From NCBI GenBank assembly GCA_947085185.1, contig CAMTVK010000002.1, positions 64,001 through 128,000 of the forward strand: DNA of 64,000 bases, in the 5' to 3' direction. The stretch's first letter is position 1. Each line of letters opens with the position of its first letter. The position numbers and the translations under genes were made by a program. This DNA is from Candidatus Fraserbacteria bacterium (lineage in GTDB: Bacteria; Bipolaricaulota; Bipolaricaulia; RBG-16-55-9; DRXL01). The notes beneath the pieces are model-generated. The model saw only the letters and a list, made by a program, of their open reading frames with translations. It was not told the origin of the DNA and ran no database searches. Below, piece after piece: positions 48,547 to 58,421 of the stretch.

Positions 48547-51128
48547 AATCGTTCTCTGATGAAGAGATCTTCGCGCTGCTGCACCCGCTGGTGCGACGCT
48601 GGTTTGTCGAAAAATTTTCGACGTTCAGCCCGCCGCAACGTTTTGCTATTCCCCATATTCACAACCGAAAGAATTGTCTGATCTCCGCGCCAACGGGCTC
48701 AGGCAAGACCCTCGCCGCGTTCTTGGCGATCATCAACGAGCTTGTGCAACTGGCTTCACAGAACGCTCTGGAAGATCAGATTTACTGTGTGTATATCTCC
48801 CCGCTCAAGGCCCTCAGCAACGATATCGAGCGCAACCTCCAAGAGCCCCTGCGCGAGATGGAAGCGCTCGCCCATCACAAGTTGAACATCAGGGTCGAAG
48901 TGCGCACCGGCGACACCTCGGCCGAGAAGCGCCAGCGCATGCTCAAAAACCCACCGCACATTCTCATCACGACTCCAGAGTCGTTCGCTATTGCTCTTTC
49001 AGCCAAACAGTTCTCGAATTATTTCAGTTATGTGCGCTGGGTGATCGTGGACGAAGTGCACGCGCTCGCCGAGAACAAGCGCGGGGTGCATCTGTCGCTC
49101 TCGCTGGAGAGATTGCAAGAGCTCTGTGATTTTGCGCGCATTGGGCTTTCTGCGACCGTCAGCCCGCTCGAAGAAATCGCGAAATTCTTAGTGGGGCGAC
49201 GCTACGGGCAGGTGCTTGCGCCCCTGAGCGACGACCAAGACCCCTGGCGCGATTGCGTGATCATTGACGCGCGCTTCGAAAAGCAGCTCGATCTGCAGGT
49301 CCTCAGCCCCGTAGAAGACTTCGTGCGGTGCTCATTCGAAGAGTTGAACGTGAATCTCTATGAGCTTTTAGATCGTCTTATTCAACAGCATCGCTCGACC
49401 CTGATCTTTACGAACACTCGCGCGCTCACGGAGAGAGTCGTCCACACCCTGAAAGAGAAGTTCCCTCACTACGTCGAGGTCATCGGCGCGCATCACAGCT
49501 CGCTGAGCAAAGAGCTCCGTTTAGATATTGAAAGAAAACTCAAAAACGGCGAGCTCAAAGTCGTCGTCTCCAGCACGAGCTTGGAGCTGGGCATTGATAT
49601 CGGGTATATAGATTTAGTGATCTTGCTTGGCTCTCCCAAGAGCGTCACGCGCGCGCTGCAGCGTGTGGGGCGCTCTGGACATAAACTGCACGATACCATC
49701 AAGGGGCGCGTCGTCGTCACTGATCAAGATGATCTCGTCGAGTGCGCGGTGATGCTCCGCAGCGCCCTCCACCATAGACTAGAAAGACTGCATATCCCCA
49801 CAAACTGTCTCGATGTGCTCGCGCAGCAGATCTTCGGGATTGTGCTTGATGGGCCCACCGACGCAGAAGAGCTGTACGAGCTGGTGACGCGTAGCTATAA
49901 CTTCGCCCAGCTCCCCCGCGAGCACTTCGACAAAGTCTTGGAATATCTTGCGGGCGAGTACACAGATTTAGAAGACCGTCATGTCTACGCCAAGATTTAT
50001 TACGACAAGAAGACGGGAGCGATCCGCGCGCGCGGGCGGCTCGCGCGCGTCTTGTATATGACCAACGTCGGCACGATCCCCGATGAGTCGTATATTATCG
50101 TCAAGGCCGGCACCAAGCGCATCGGCCAGATCGAAGAAGGCTTTTTGGAGATGCTGCGCAAGCACGACACGTTCGTGCTTGGCGGCGAGACGTATAAGTT
50201 TAAGTTCTCGCGTGGCATGACCATTCAAGTCGAATCAGCCCAAGAAGAGCGAGCGACTGTGCCGAGCTGGTTCTCCGAGATGCTCCCGTTGAGCTTTGAG
50301 CTGGCTTTGGACATTCAAGAGTTTCGCTCAGCTCTCTATGAGCTTTTCACGCGTAGGGCTTCTGCGAGTGAGATCAAAGAGTTCATTCGCTCGGAGCTCC
50401 AGCTCGATGAGCGCGGGGTAGACTCGCTTTATCAGTATTTTGCGGCGCAGCATAGATATTCTCGGTTGCCTCATCGTCGAAGATTGTTGATAGAATTCTA
50501 TCACGAAGGGCCCAAAACGATCGTGATCTTTCACGCGCTCTTGGGGCGTCGGGTGAACGACGCGCTCAGCCGAGCGCTCGCGTATCTGATCGCACGTCGT
50601 GAAGATAAAGACATCGAGATCGCCGTCACCGATCACGGCTTCTATTTAGCGTATGAAGGCTCCGTCAAAGTGATGGAGGCGTTTGATCTGCTGAAAGAGC
50701 GCAATTTGCGCGAAGTCCTGCGCGAGGCACTGCGCGACACCGAGATTCTACGAAGAAGATTTCGGCACTGCGCCACGCGCGCTCTCATGATTTTAAGAAG
50801 CTACAAAGGCCAGCACAAGTCCGTCGGCCGCCAACAGATGAAAGCAGCGCTCTTGCAAAACGCCGTCGCGCGCATGGACGAGTATTTCCCCATCTTGACC
50901 GAGACATATCGTGAAGTGATGGAAGACGCCATGGACATCGAGAACGCGCAGAAAATTCTCGACGAGATTCGGTCGGGGCAGATCGAGTTGGAGGGCTTTG
51001 TGAGCTCCTCTCCGTCGCCATTTGCCCTGCACATCGTGATGCACGCCCGATCGGATATCATCAAAGTCGAAGATCGTCAGAGATTCTTGCAAAAGATGTA
51101 CGAACGGCTCACCCACATGCAGAGCTGA
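48528..51128 (+). CDS. lhr: Lhr-family SF2 helicase (archaeal-like, core only)
   Basis: APTGSGKT, DEVH, LSAT, LELGID and QRVGRSGH motifs; 866 aa. Confidence 0.9.
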   Translation: MLTRQVESFSDEEIFALLHPLVRRWFVEKFSTFSPPQRFAIPHIHNRKNCLISAPTGSGKTLAAFLAIINELVQLASQNALEDQIYCVYISPLKALSNDIERNLQEPLREMEALAHHKLNIRVEVRTGDTSAEKRQRMLKNPPHILITTPESFAIALSAKQFSNYFSYVRWVIVDEVHALAENKRGVHLSLSLERLQELCDFARIGLSATVSPLEEIAKFLVGRRYGQVLAPLSDDQDPWRDCVIIDARFEKQLDLQVLSPVEDFVRCSFEELNVNLYELLDRLIQQHRSTLIFTNTRALTERVVHTLKEKFPHYVEVIGAHHSSLSKELRLDIERKLKNGELKVVVSSTSLELGIDIGYIDLVILLGSPKSVTRALQRVGRSGHKLHDTIKGRVVVTDQDDLVECAVMLRSALHHRLERLHIPTNCLDVLAQQIFGIVLDGPTDAEELYELVTRSYNFAQLPREHFDKVLEYLAGEYTDLEDRHVYAKIYYDKKTGAIRARGRLARVLYMTNVGTIPDESYIIVKAGTKRIGQIEEGFLEMLRKHDTFVLGGETYKFKFSRGMTIQVESAQEERATVPSWFSEMLPLSFELALDIQEFRSALYELFTRRASASEIKEFIRSELQLDERGVDSLYQYFAAQHRYSRLPHRRRLLIEFYHEGPKTIVIFHALLGRRVNDALSRALAYLIARREDKDIEIAVTDHGFYLAYEGSVKVMEAFDLLKERNLREVLREALRDTEILRRRFRHCATRALMILRSYKGQHKSVGRQQMKAALLQNAVARMDEYFPILTETYREVMEDAMDIENAQKILDEIRSGQIELEGFVSSSPSPFALHIVMHARSDIIKVEDRQRFLQKMYERLTHMQS

Positions 51129-51223
51129 AGGGCGAAGGGGATACTCGCTAGCAAGGGTGTTTGCCTTTCTCCCCTGAGCTTCGTATAATCCAGATAGCCC
51201 AAGGTGTCGTGCGCTCGCTGGAT

Positions 51224-52108
51224 ATGGCCAAGAAGGACCCAAATCAAATGAGCTTGATTGAGCATTTAGACGAGCTGCGTGCCCGCGTGGTCTACTCGCT
51301 GCTTGTGGTCGTGTCTATCGCGATCATTGCGTATATCTTTCGCGAGCAGATCTTGGCGTTTCTCACGGGGCCATTGCGGGCTTTGAGCAGCTCGCGAGTG
51401 GAGCTCTTAAGATTGCTGGAAGCGTGCCGCACTCTGATCGCTGATCCGACTGCCACTCAGATGCCTGAAGACCAATGGTCTCGCTTAGCTTTCGACTGTC
51501 GGCGCTTCCTCTTTCAAGGGGGAAGCTTGATCTTTATTCGTCCCACAGAAGTTTTCTTCGGATATATCAAGCTCGCGTTCTTCGTGGGGTTGCTCGTTGG
51601 TGCGCCCTTTGTCTTGTATCAGATTTGGCAATTTATCGTGCCTGCGCTCTTCCCTCATGAGAGAAGATACGCGCGCTACGGGTTTCTCGCGGGCGCAGGG
51701 CTCTTTTATCTTGGAGCATTTGGTTGTCTCTTGTTCGTCGTGCCCGTCGCTATCCGGTTCTTGATCGAGCTTGGGGGAAATTATCTCCAAGCGGCGTTCA
51801 CGTTCGATAACTATATCTCGTTCATTCTCTGGTTGATGTTAGGGTTTGGGGTCTCGTTCGAGTTGCCCGTTGTGCTCTTCTTGCTTGCTAAGATCGGGTT
51901 GGTCTCGCACGCGTTCTTGCGAGAGAGGCGCAAGTACGCTATAGTAATAGCGCTCGTCTTGGGCGCGGTCCTCACCCCAACCCAAGACCCCTTTACGATG
52001 ATGACCATGGCGATCCCCTTGATCGTCCTCTACGAAGTGACGCTCTGGATCATCCGGTTCACTGAGAAGAAGAAAGAGACCGAGATCGTACCATCAAAGG
52101 GAGGTTGA
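51224..52108 (+). CDS. tatC: Twin-arginine translocase TatC
   Basis: MSLIEHLDELR, YQIWQFI.PAL, FELP and LTP..D motifs. Confidence 0.93.
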   Translation: MAKKDPNQMSLIEHLDELRARVVYSLLVVVSIAIIAYIFREQILAFLTGPLRALSSSRVELLRLLEACRTLIADPTATQMPEDQWSRLAFDCRRFLFQGGSLIFIRPTEVFFGYIKLAFFVGLLVGAPFVLYQIWQFIVPALFPHERRYARYGFLAGAGLFYLGAFGCLLFVVPVAIRFLIELGGNYLQAAFTFDNYISFILWLMLGFGVSFELPVVLFLLAKIGLVSHAFLRERRKYAIVIALVLGAVLTPTQDPFTMMTMAIPLIVLYEVTLWIIRFTEKKKETEIVPSKGG

Positions 52109-52111
52109 GCT

Positions 52112-52672
52112 ATGGGTGTCAGTGACTTGGGCAAAGGCAAAGTGATCGAATACGAGGGGGAGCTGTGGATCATCGAAGAGTACGCGCACGTCAAGAAAGC
52201 TCAGGGGCGTCCTGTGGCCCAATGTCGTCTCAGACATATCAAGACGGGCAAGGTCATCCCGCAGAACTTCTTCGACTCGGCCCCAGTCAAGATCGTCCAC
52301 CTTGAGGAGCGCCCTATGCAGTATCTCTACAGCAGCGGCAATCTCTACACGTTCATGGACACCGAGACGTATGATCAGTATTCGCTGACGGAAGAGCAAG
52401 TCGCCGATATCAAGCCGTACTTAAAAGAGAACATGGAAGTCTCAGGGCTCTTTTATGAGGGCACGTTCGTGAAGGTGGACGTGCCTCTCACCGTGGAGCT
52501 CCAGGTCAAGCACACAGGCCCAGGGGTGCGGGGCGACACCGTGAGCAACGTGATGAAGCCCGCGGTGCTCGAGACCGGCTTAGAGCTGAAAGTTCCGCTC
52601 TTCATCAATGTCGGGGACTGGGTGAAGGTTGACACGCGCACCGGACAATACGTGGAGCGTGTCAATCGCTAA
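52112..52672 (+). CDS. efp: Elongation factor P
   Basis: MQYLY, FMD.ETYDQ, PGVRGDT and LETG...VPLFI motifs. Confidence 0.93.
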   Translation: MGVSDLGKGKVIEYEGELWIIEEYAHVKKAQGRPVAQCRLRHIKTGKVIPQNFFDSAPVKIVHLEERPMQYLYSSGNLYTFMDTETYDQYSLTEEQVADIKPYLKENMEVSGLFYEGTFVKVDVPLTVELQVKHTGPGVRGDTVSNVMKPAVLETGLELKVPLFINVGDWVKVDTRTGQYVERVNR

Positions 52673-52675
52673 GCT

Positions 52676-53089
52676 ATGCCAAACGCACGCAAGGCCGCAA
52701 GGCGTGCGCCCTGGGGGGGGCACGTCTCGATTGCGGAAGAAGTAGTCGGTTCTATCGCGAGCATTGCCGCCCAAGAAGTCGAGGGGCTGAGCGGACTGAA
52801 GGGCGCTGTTGCCGACGGGCTGGCAGCGCTGCTCCCCGGGGAGAAGCGTCAGGGAGTCGCCGCACAGCTCTCTCAAGATCAGTCCATTCGGATTCGGCTC
52901 AAAGCCGTGATTCACTATGGGTATCCCATCCACGAGGTTGCTCACAAAGTCCAAGCCAAAGTGAAGCAGGAGATCGAGGGGATGACGGGCTTGCGGGTGA
53001 GCGCCGTAGATGTCTACGTGCACGAGCTTGACCTTGGGGAAAAGACATCCCCACGGGGCACAGAGCGGCGCACGAAGGAGGAGTCGTGA
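52676..53089 (+). CDS. Asp23/Gls24 family protein
   Basis: VSIAEEVV..IA..A and EGMTGL.V..VDV motifs. Confidence 0.88.
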   Translation: MPNARKAARRAPWGGHVSIAEEVVGSIASIAAQEVEGLSGLKGAVADGLAALLPGEKRQGVAAQLSQDQSIRIRLKAVIHYGYPIHEVAHKVQAKVKQEIEGMTGLRVSAVDVYVHELDLGEKTSPRGTERRTKEES

Positions 53090-53679
53090 AGCAAACGATA
53101 GATTACATAGCAGAGATCTTATACGCCGGTGCTGTTTTGGTGTGCTGGGTCGCGACCGCAGGGCTCTTGTGGGTAGCATTTGGGGTGGCTACTGCTCCTG
53201 AGGAGCAAGTCTGGGAGTTTTTCATGGCGTTTCTCAGAAGAAATACGTGGTGGGTGGTGCTGCTCGATGTCATGGCGTTGTTGCTCTTTTTGGTCGGTGT
53301 CTATTTCTTGGCCCAATTGTTGCAGGCGCGGCGACGCTGGAAGCGCATCCAGCATGAGAGCCCGCGCGGCCCCGTAGAGATCTCGCTCTTTGCCATTCGC
53401 TCGTACATTGAGCGCATCCTCGCATACGAGTTTGGGCTCCGACGATATCGCGTGGCGCTTGAACACACGAGCAACGGACTCTATGTCTTCATTCGCGCGG
53501 AGCTGCCTGTGGGGAAAAACGTGCTCGATACGGCTGAGAGAATCCAGCAGACTATTGAGGAGCACGTTGAAGATCGCGTGGGAGTGAAGGTCCATCGCGT
53601 TCAGGTGATCGCTGCGGGGATCGTCAGCGAGAGTAGCGAGGAGCGCCCGCTCTTCCACGGCGAAGGAGAAGTCGAGTGA
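53086..53679 (+). CDS. AmaP-like membrane anchor
   Basis: Two TM segments, G.VEIS..AI motif; asp23 synteny. Confidence 0.7.
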   Translation: MKQTIDYIAEILYAGAVLVCWVATAGLLWVAFGVATAPEEQVWEFFMAFLRRNTWWVVLLDVMALLLFLVGVYFLAQLLQARRRWKRIQHESPRGPVEISLFAIRSYIERILAYEFGLRRYRVALEHTSNGLYVFIRAELPVGKNVLDTAERIQQTIEEHVEDRVGVKVHRVQVIAAGIVSESSEERPLFHGEGEVE

Positions 53680-53870
53680 TGATGCGATTGTCCCCAAGCG
53701 CTCTTGGTGCGATTGTGGGAGTACTTGTTGGGCTGTTGTGGATTTGGCTGAATGTGAAATTATTTCTGATCTTGTTTTTCGCTGTGTTGGGGTTTGCGAT
53801 CGGCAAGCTCTTTGAATCCGAAGACCTGCGCGAACGAGTCCGAGAGCTCTTCTCGTTCTTCTACCGATGA
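53676..53870 (+). CDS. DUF2273-like small membrane protein
   Basis: GAIVGVLVG...GFAIGK; asp23-nusB synteny. Confidence 0.7.
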   Translation: MMMRLSPSALGAIVGVLVGLLWIWLNVKLFLILFFAVLGFAIGKLFESEDLRERVRELFSFFYR

Positions 53871-54265
53871 AGACGTTACCGCGCCGCGCTGCCCGCGAGA
53901 GAATACTCAAAATGCTCTTCCAGAAGGACTTTCGTACTGTCAGTTGGGCAGAGCTCTTGGCGGAGCACCCTGCCGACGACCCCTATGTGCGCGAGGTTAT
54001 TCAGGGATTGGCCAGCAAACAGCCGGAGATTGACGCGCTCATCGCGGAGAAGGCCGCAGGCTGGCGCTTGGAGCGCTTGCACTCTGTAGACAGAAATATC
54101 TTACGGCTGGCAGTCTACGAGCTGTGCTATCGCGAGGACGTGCCGCCGGAAGTGATCATTGACGAGGCTGTGGAACTGGCGAAAAAGTACAGTGGCGAGC
54201 ACTCGCCGGTGTTTATCAATGGGATCTTAGATCGCATCTGGAAGGAGAAAGCACACCGATCATGA
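53867..54265 (+). CDS. nusB: Transcription antitermination factor NusB
   Basis: RRAARE, DRNILRLA and FINGILD motifs. Confidence 0.95.
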   Translation: MKTLPRRAARERILKMLFQKDFRTVSWAELLAEHPADDPYVREVIQGLASKQPEIDALIAEKAAGWRLERLHSVDRNILRLAVYELCYREDVPPEVIIDEAVELAKKYSGEHSPVFINGILDRIWKEKAHRS

Positions 54266-55242
54266 AGATCTTAGTGACAGGGGGAGCAGGGTTCATTGGG
54301 TCACATGTAGTGGATGCGTATATCGCCCAAGGTCACATAGTGACTGTCATAGATAATCTCTCGACGGGATATAGAGAATTTCTCAATCCCAAGGCGCGGT
54401 TCTATCACGTTGATATAGCGGACCGTGCTGCGGTGCGGGAGGTCTTCGCTCAGGAGCGGTTTGATGTAGTCAACCATCATGCAGCTCAAGTGGACGTGCG
54501 CGTCTCGGTGCGTGATCCGCTCTTGGATGCGCGCACGAATATTATGGGATTGCTCACGCTGCTTGAAGCATGCCGTGAGTTCTCTGTCAAAAAATTTATT
54601 TTTATCTCGTCGGGCGGGGTCATCTATGGGGAATCCGAGAAGCTCCCCACCCCAGAAGATGCCCCCAAAAAACCGATCAGTCCCTATGGGGTCGCCAAGC
54701 TTGCAAGTGAGTTGTATCTCTTCAGTGCCAAGCACACGTGGGGATTAGAATATATTGCGCTGCGCTACGCGAACGTCTACGGGCCACGCCAGACCCCTCA
54801 CAGCGAAGCGACCGTCATCAGCACGTTTGCGCGAGCCCTTGCACACAATGAGCCTGTCACGATCTTCGGTGACGGCCAGCAGACGCGCGACTTCGTCTTC
54901 GTGAGCGACGTTGCCGCGGCGAATCTCCTCGCGACCGAGTTCCTTGAGAAGATCCATGGCGCTCCTGCGCACTCTATAGACGACCTTGCGTTCAATATTG
55001 GAACGGGGCACCAGACGAGCGTGAACGACTTGCTCAAGAAATTCTCGCACGCCTTGCATAAAGAGTGTGCAGTGCATTACGCGCCGCCGCGTCCAGGGGA
55101 GCTCAAGCATAGCGCTCTGGATATCTCTAAAGCACACGAACTTTTAGGCTTTAGGCCCCAAGTCTCTCTTGAAGAAGGCTTACAGATGACGATGGCCTGG
55201 GTGAGAGAAGCGACTTTGCCGGAATGTAAGTTGGATTACTGA
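54262..55242 (+). CDS. NAD-dependent epimerase/dehydratase (GalE-like)
   Basis: TGGAGFIGSH, YGVAK and NVYGPRQ motifs. Confidence 0.9.
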   Translation: MKILVTGGAGFIGSHVVDAYIAQGHIVTVIDNLSTGYREFLNPKARFYHVDIADRAAVREVFAQERFDVVNHHAAQVDVRVSVRDPLLDARTNIMGLLTLLEACREFSVKKFIFISSGGVIYGESEKLPTPEDAPKKPISPYGVAKLASELYLFSAKHTWGLEYIALRYANVYGPRQTPHSEATVISTFARALAHNEPVTIFGDGQQTRDFVFVSDVAAANLLATEFLEKIHGAPAHSIDDLAFNIGTGHQTSVNDLLKKFSHALHKECAVHYAPPRPGELKHSALDISKAHELLGFRPQVSLEEGLQMTMAWVREATLPECKLDY

Positions 55243-55272
55243 CACAACGCCAAGGAGGTCTTATACTCAGGG

Positions 55273-55366
55273 AGAATCACCTCCTTGGGCTTGGCCGAAG
55301 AGAATCAGCCAAGCGAGTCGCAAAACCCTCTCACCTCCTAGGGGCGGCCCCCAAGGCCGCCTTTTT
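55273..55366 (+). ncRNA. Candidate sRNA with two anti-SD motifs
   Basis: CTGACA-17-TATACT promoter (55239-55267), TCACCTCCT twice, internal hairpin, intrinsic terminator. Confidence 0.5.
55343..55366 (+). terminator. Intrinsic terminator
   Basis: GGCGGCC-cccaa-GGCCGCC-TTTTT. Confidence 0.85.
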
Positions 55367-55368
55367 CG

Positions 55369-55674
55369 TTAGGGCCATAGGTGCCCATCACGACAGATGA
55401 TCCCTAGGGCTTCCAAGTAAGACAGGCAGCGGTCGCGTCGCTGCAGCCACCGTAGATGACCTTCGCGAGCGTCGAGTTCGTCTTTATACGCTTCGAGCTC
55501 GACAGCTCCATAGCCGGTGCCACGTTGCAGGACATAGCAATATGATTTGAATTGTTCGGCGCTGCCGGTGGTGCGGATCTCGATCTCCTTGCCATCGCGC
55601 TCGGCAATCTTGCCGCGCAGGAACAGCTGTGGTTGAGAGGGAGGCTCATGCGACGTAGGGTAAGCCATAGACAT
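55369..55674 (-). CDS. Hypothetical protein
   Basis: SD AAGGAG; downstream of ccsA. Confidence 0.6.
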   Translation of the reverse strand: MSMAYPTSHEPPSQPQLFLRGKIAERDGKEIEIRTTGSAEQFKSYCYVLQRGTGYGAVELEAYKDELDAREGHLRWLQRRDRCLSYLEALGIICRDGHLWP

Positions 55675-55702
55675 CGGACTCCTTCTCAAAAAGTTTAGCG
55701 CA

Positions 55703-56797
55703 TTACACGAAGCTGTGCAAGCTCGCCACAAAATAATTAATCCCGATCCATGCGTAGAGCACCGCCAGATACCCTAAGACCGACAACCACGCAACCAGGC
55801 CGCCGCGCCAGCCCGCATCATGTGCCCCCCACGTCAGCCGAGCGTGTAAATAGACAGCATAGACCAGCGCTGCCACAAGCATCGCTGTCTCTTTGGGATC
55901 CCAGCCCCAATAGCGACCCCATGCTTGTTCCGCCCAGATCCCCCCAAAGACTAACCCCCCAATCGCGTAGAACGGAAATCCCAAAGCATTGCAGCGATAG
56001 ATCATCTCTTCGAGGGACTCGAGCCTCTCCCATACGACAGTATGCTCTTTGTGTACGAAGAGCAAGAGCCCCCCAAAGCCTGCGCTTAAGAGGAACAGGA
56101 GCGCCACCGCGGCGAGCATCTGAGGCGGTTGGAGCGTGGCAAAGAGCGGAATTACCAAGAAAATCACGCCGGCGATGCTTCCAAGCAGCGCCCCAAACAA
56201 GAGCACGAGAGTCTTCTCATAGCGGCGCCATAGATAGACCAGCGTCGCGCCAAATCCGCTGGTGAAGAGCGCGATCCCCAGCACCATAAAGAGCACATGG
56301 ATCGTCAGCCAGTAGCTCTGGAGGCTGGGAGGCACGCCCGTGGGGGCGCTCGGCGCGATAGTGGGCGACGCTGCGAGGGCCAGCATCACAAACGCCGCCC
56401 CACTGATGAAAACCCCAACTTGCTTCATCTGAAACCAACGCTCTACGAAGAGATAGACCAAGGGGATCAACCATGAGAAGAACGCCAGCGTCTCGTAGGT
56501 CGTAGAGACGGGCAAGAAGAAGATCTTGACCCACTGCGACGCATTGCCCAACTCAATGGCGCGAGCGATCACACCAGCACTCGAGATCGCAAGGCTGACC
56601 ATCAGGGCGCGAGTCGCCCACATGCCCCACGCCCTATTCGATACCCCCCACGCTGCGCTCGACGCCACAATGCCCAGAGCTTCCGAGCGCGTCCGCTGAT
56701 GCGTTGTCCCCATTACCGTGTGGAGCAGATAGAGCACGAACGTGACAAAGTAGCTCACCGTGCTGAGATAGAAAAGCACCACGCTTGGATATTTCAT
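55703..56797 (-). CDS. ccsA: Cytochrome c biogenesis protein CcsA/ResC
   Basis: LQSYWLTIH and WAEQAWGRYWGWDPKE (WWD domain) motifs. Confidence 0.92.
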   Translation of the reverse strand: MKYPSVVLFYLSTVSYFVTFVLYLLHTVMGTTHQRTRSEALGIVASSAAWGVSNRAWGMWATRALMVSLAISSAGVIARAIELGNASQWVKIFFLPVSTTYETLAFFSWLIPLVYLFVERWFQMKQVGVFISGAAFVMLALAASPTIAPSAPTGVPPSLQSYWLTIHVLFMVLGIALFTSGFGATLVYLWRRYEKTLVLLFGALLGSIAGVIFLVIPLFATLQPPQMLAAVALLFLLSAGFGGLLLFVHKEHTVVWERLESLEEMIYRCNALGFPFYAIGGLVFGGIWAEQAWGRYWGWDPKETAMLVAALVYAVYLHARLTWGAHDAGWRGGLVAWLSVLGYLAVLYAWIGINYFVASLHSFV

Positions 56798-56823
56798 AAA
56801 CAGCCTCCTCGGTGTAGCCCATT

Positions 56824-56882
56824 ACTATACCCATAGGGAGGGAGCCTGTCAACTTGCGCGCCAGTCTTCGAAGGAATATAAT
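56824..56882. promoter_or_regulatory. Back-to-back sigma70 promoters (ccsA and the btu operon)
   Basis: Minus strand TTGACA-17-TATAGT; plus strand TTGCGC-17-TATAAT. Confidence 0.7.
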
Positions 56883-56900
56883 CGCTCAGGGAGGTGGGAG

Positions 56901-57485
56901 ATGCTATCCCACAGGATCACACCCGTGCGCGAACATATAGCGTATCAGTTGCTCTACGAGCTAAGAACTGCCCCCGTGGGGCGACGCACGCTCGTAGAGC
57001 GCACGGGGCTGACGGAGAGCGTCGTGCGCACCGAGCTGGAGAAACTTGAATCGCAGAAGCTTGTCTCGTTTTCCAAGCTGGGCACATCTCTCACGGCGCG
57101 CGGCCGGCAGTTTCTCTCAGAGAAGCTCAGGGCAATAGCCGACGTTCGTGATGCTCATTTGAAGAATCTGATGCTCGATCGCTATGGGCGGATGGCGCAT
57201 GTGCGCCGGGCAACTGAGGGCTTTATGAGTTGGTTGTATCGAGATATCGCGGTGCGCGATGGCGCGACTGCGGCGCTCTTCCTCACGAAGCGCATAGATG
57301 CGCTCTGCTTCATCGAAGAGCGTACCGCGCTCGCTCAACAGAACCCCGACGATAACGCCCTCTTAGAACAATCATTTCCCAGGCTCAAGGACGGTGATCT
57401 GATCATCATAGTCTTTGGCCCAACAAAAGGGGCGGCGACACGCGGCCTGTGGGCCATTCTCCGGGCTTTGATAGCCAATCAATAG
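56901..57485 (+). CDS. Winged-HTH regulator (DUF4443-like)
   Basis: PVGRRTL...GLTESVVR...L...G..LT..G and RDIAVR.GA motifs. Confidence 0.65.
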   Translation: MLSHRITPVREHIAYQLLYELRTAPVGRRTLVERTGLTESVVRTELEKLESQKLVSFSKLGTSLTARGRQFLSEKLRAIADVRDAHLKNLMLDRYGRMAHVRRATEGFMSWLYRDIAVRDGATAALFLTKRIDALCFIEERTALAQQNPDDNALLEQSFPRLKDGDLIIIVFGPTKGAATRGLWAILRALIANQ

Positions 57486-57514
57486 CTCAATAACTCTCTT
57501 GAGGGAGGAGACCT

Positions 57515-58405
57515 ATGCGCTGGACTCGATGGAAGGGCGTAGCGGTGTGCGCTCTTGTTCTTTTCGGGTTGGTCTGGCCATCGCTTGCCGACTATCCTGT
57601 CACTGTGACGGACGATCGGGGCAAGGCGATCACGATCCCCAAGCGTCCTGAGCGGATCGTCGTTGCCGGGACGCCACTCTATACGGAGATTCTTATCGAT
57701 CTTGGGGCGCTCAGTCGAATCGTCGGGGTGAGCGAGTCGGCTGATAATCCCCCAGAAGTTGCGAATGTCCAACGAGTTGGGCCAGTCTTCAACCCCAACA
57801 CTGAGCTCATTATCAAGCTCAAACCCGATGTCGTCTTCGGGGCGATCGGGGCGGTGCGCGAGACGCTGGAGCGCGCCGGGCTGATCGTCATCTCGTTGGG
57901 GAAGGTCGGCAGCGGGGCTATAGACAGCGTCACCGAAATTTTTAAGACGATTCGCTCTATGAATCTCGTCGTCGAGGGCGACACCAAGAGAGCCGATACA
58001 CTGATTGGGAGGATCGCTGAAGAGATCGTGACAATAGAGGGAACGGTGCTCGACCGATTCAAGCCGACGGTCGCGGTTCTCTATCCGACGGGGGAGCAGC
58101 CGCCCTTTGCTGCCGGGCGCAGCACCCCGGAGAACGAGATCGTGCTGCGCGCCGGAGGGATCAATATCTTCCCCGATGTGGCTGACTACAAGCAAGTGAG
58201 CTTTGAGGAGATCGTCAAGCGCGATCCCAGCGTGATCTTCACAGACCCATTGCTCATCCCGCTCATCACTCAACACCGTTTGCTCCAAGGGGTGAAGGCG
58301 GTGAGGGAGAATCGTGTTTACGGGATTAAAGCCTCGCAGTGGGTCTCGTCGCGCATTGCTCAGACGCTCAAGACTGTTGCGGATCTCTTGCATCCCCATC
58401 GCTGA
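57515..58405 (+). CDS. btuF: Cobalamin/iron ABC substrate-binding protein
   Basis: YPVTVTDDRG...PERIV and VSFEEIV..DP motifs. Confidence 0.8.
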   Translation: MRWTRWKGVAVCALVLFGLVWPSLADYPVTVTDDRGKAITIPKRPERIVVAGTPLYTEILIDLGALSRIVGVSESADNPPEVANVQRVGPVFNPNTELIIKLKPDVVFGAIGAVRETLERAGLIVISLGKVGSGAIDSVTEIFKTIRSMNLVVEGDTKRADTLIGRIAEEIVTIEGTVLDRFKPTVAVLYPTGEQPPFAAGRSTPENEIVLRAGGINIFPDVADYKQVSFEEIVKRDPSVIFTDPLLIPLITQHRLLQGVKAVRENRVYGIKASQWVSSRIAQTLKTVADLLHPHR

Positions 58406-58421
58406 AAGAGAGAGGTGCACA

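Noticed and set aside
55276..55286. 16S rRNA gene fragment
   Set aside because: The match is limited to the anti-SD tail; no helix 44/45 sequence lies upstream.
56826..56845. CsoR-like site TATACCCATAGGGAGGG before ccsA
   Set aside because: Imperfect, differs from the island consensus, and is explained as the spacer and -10 of the ccsA promoter.
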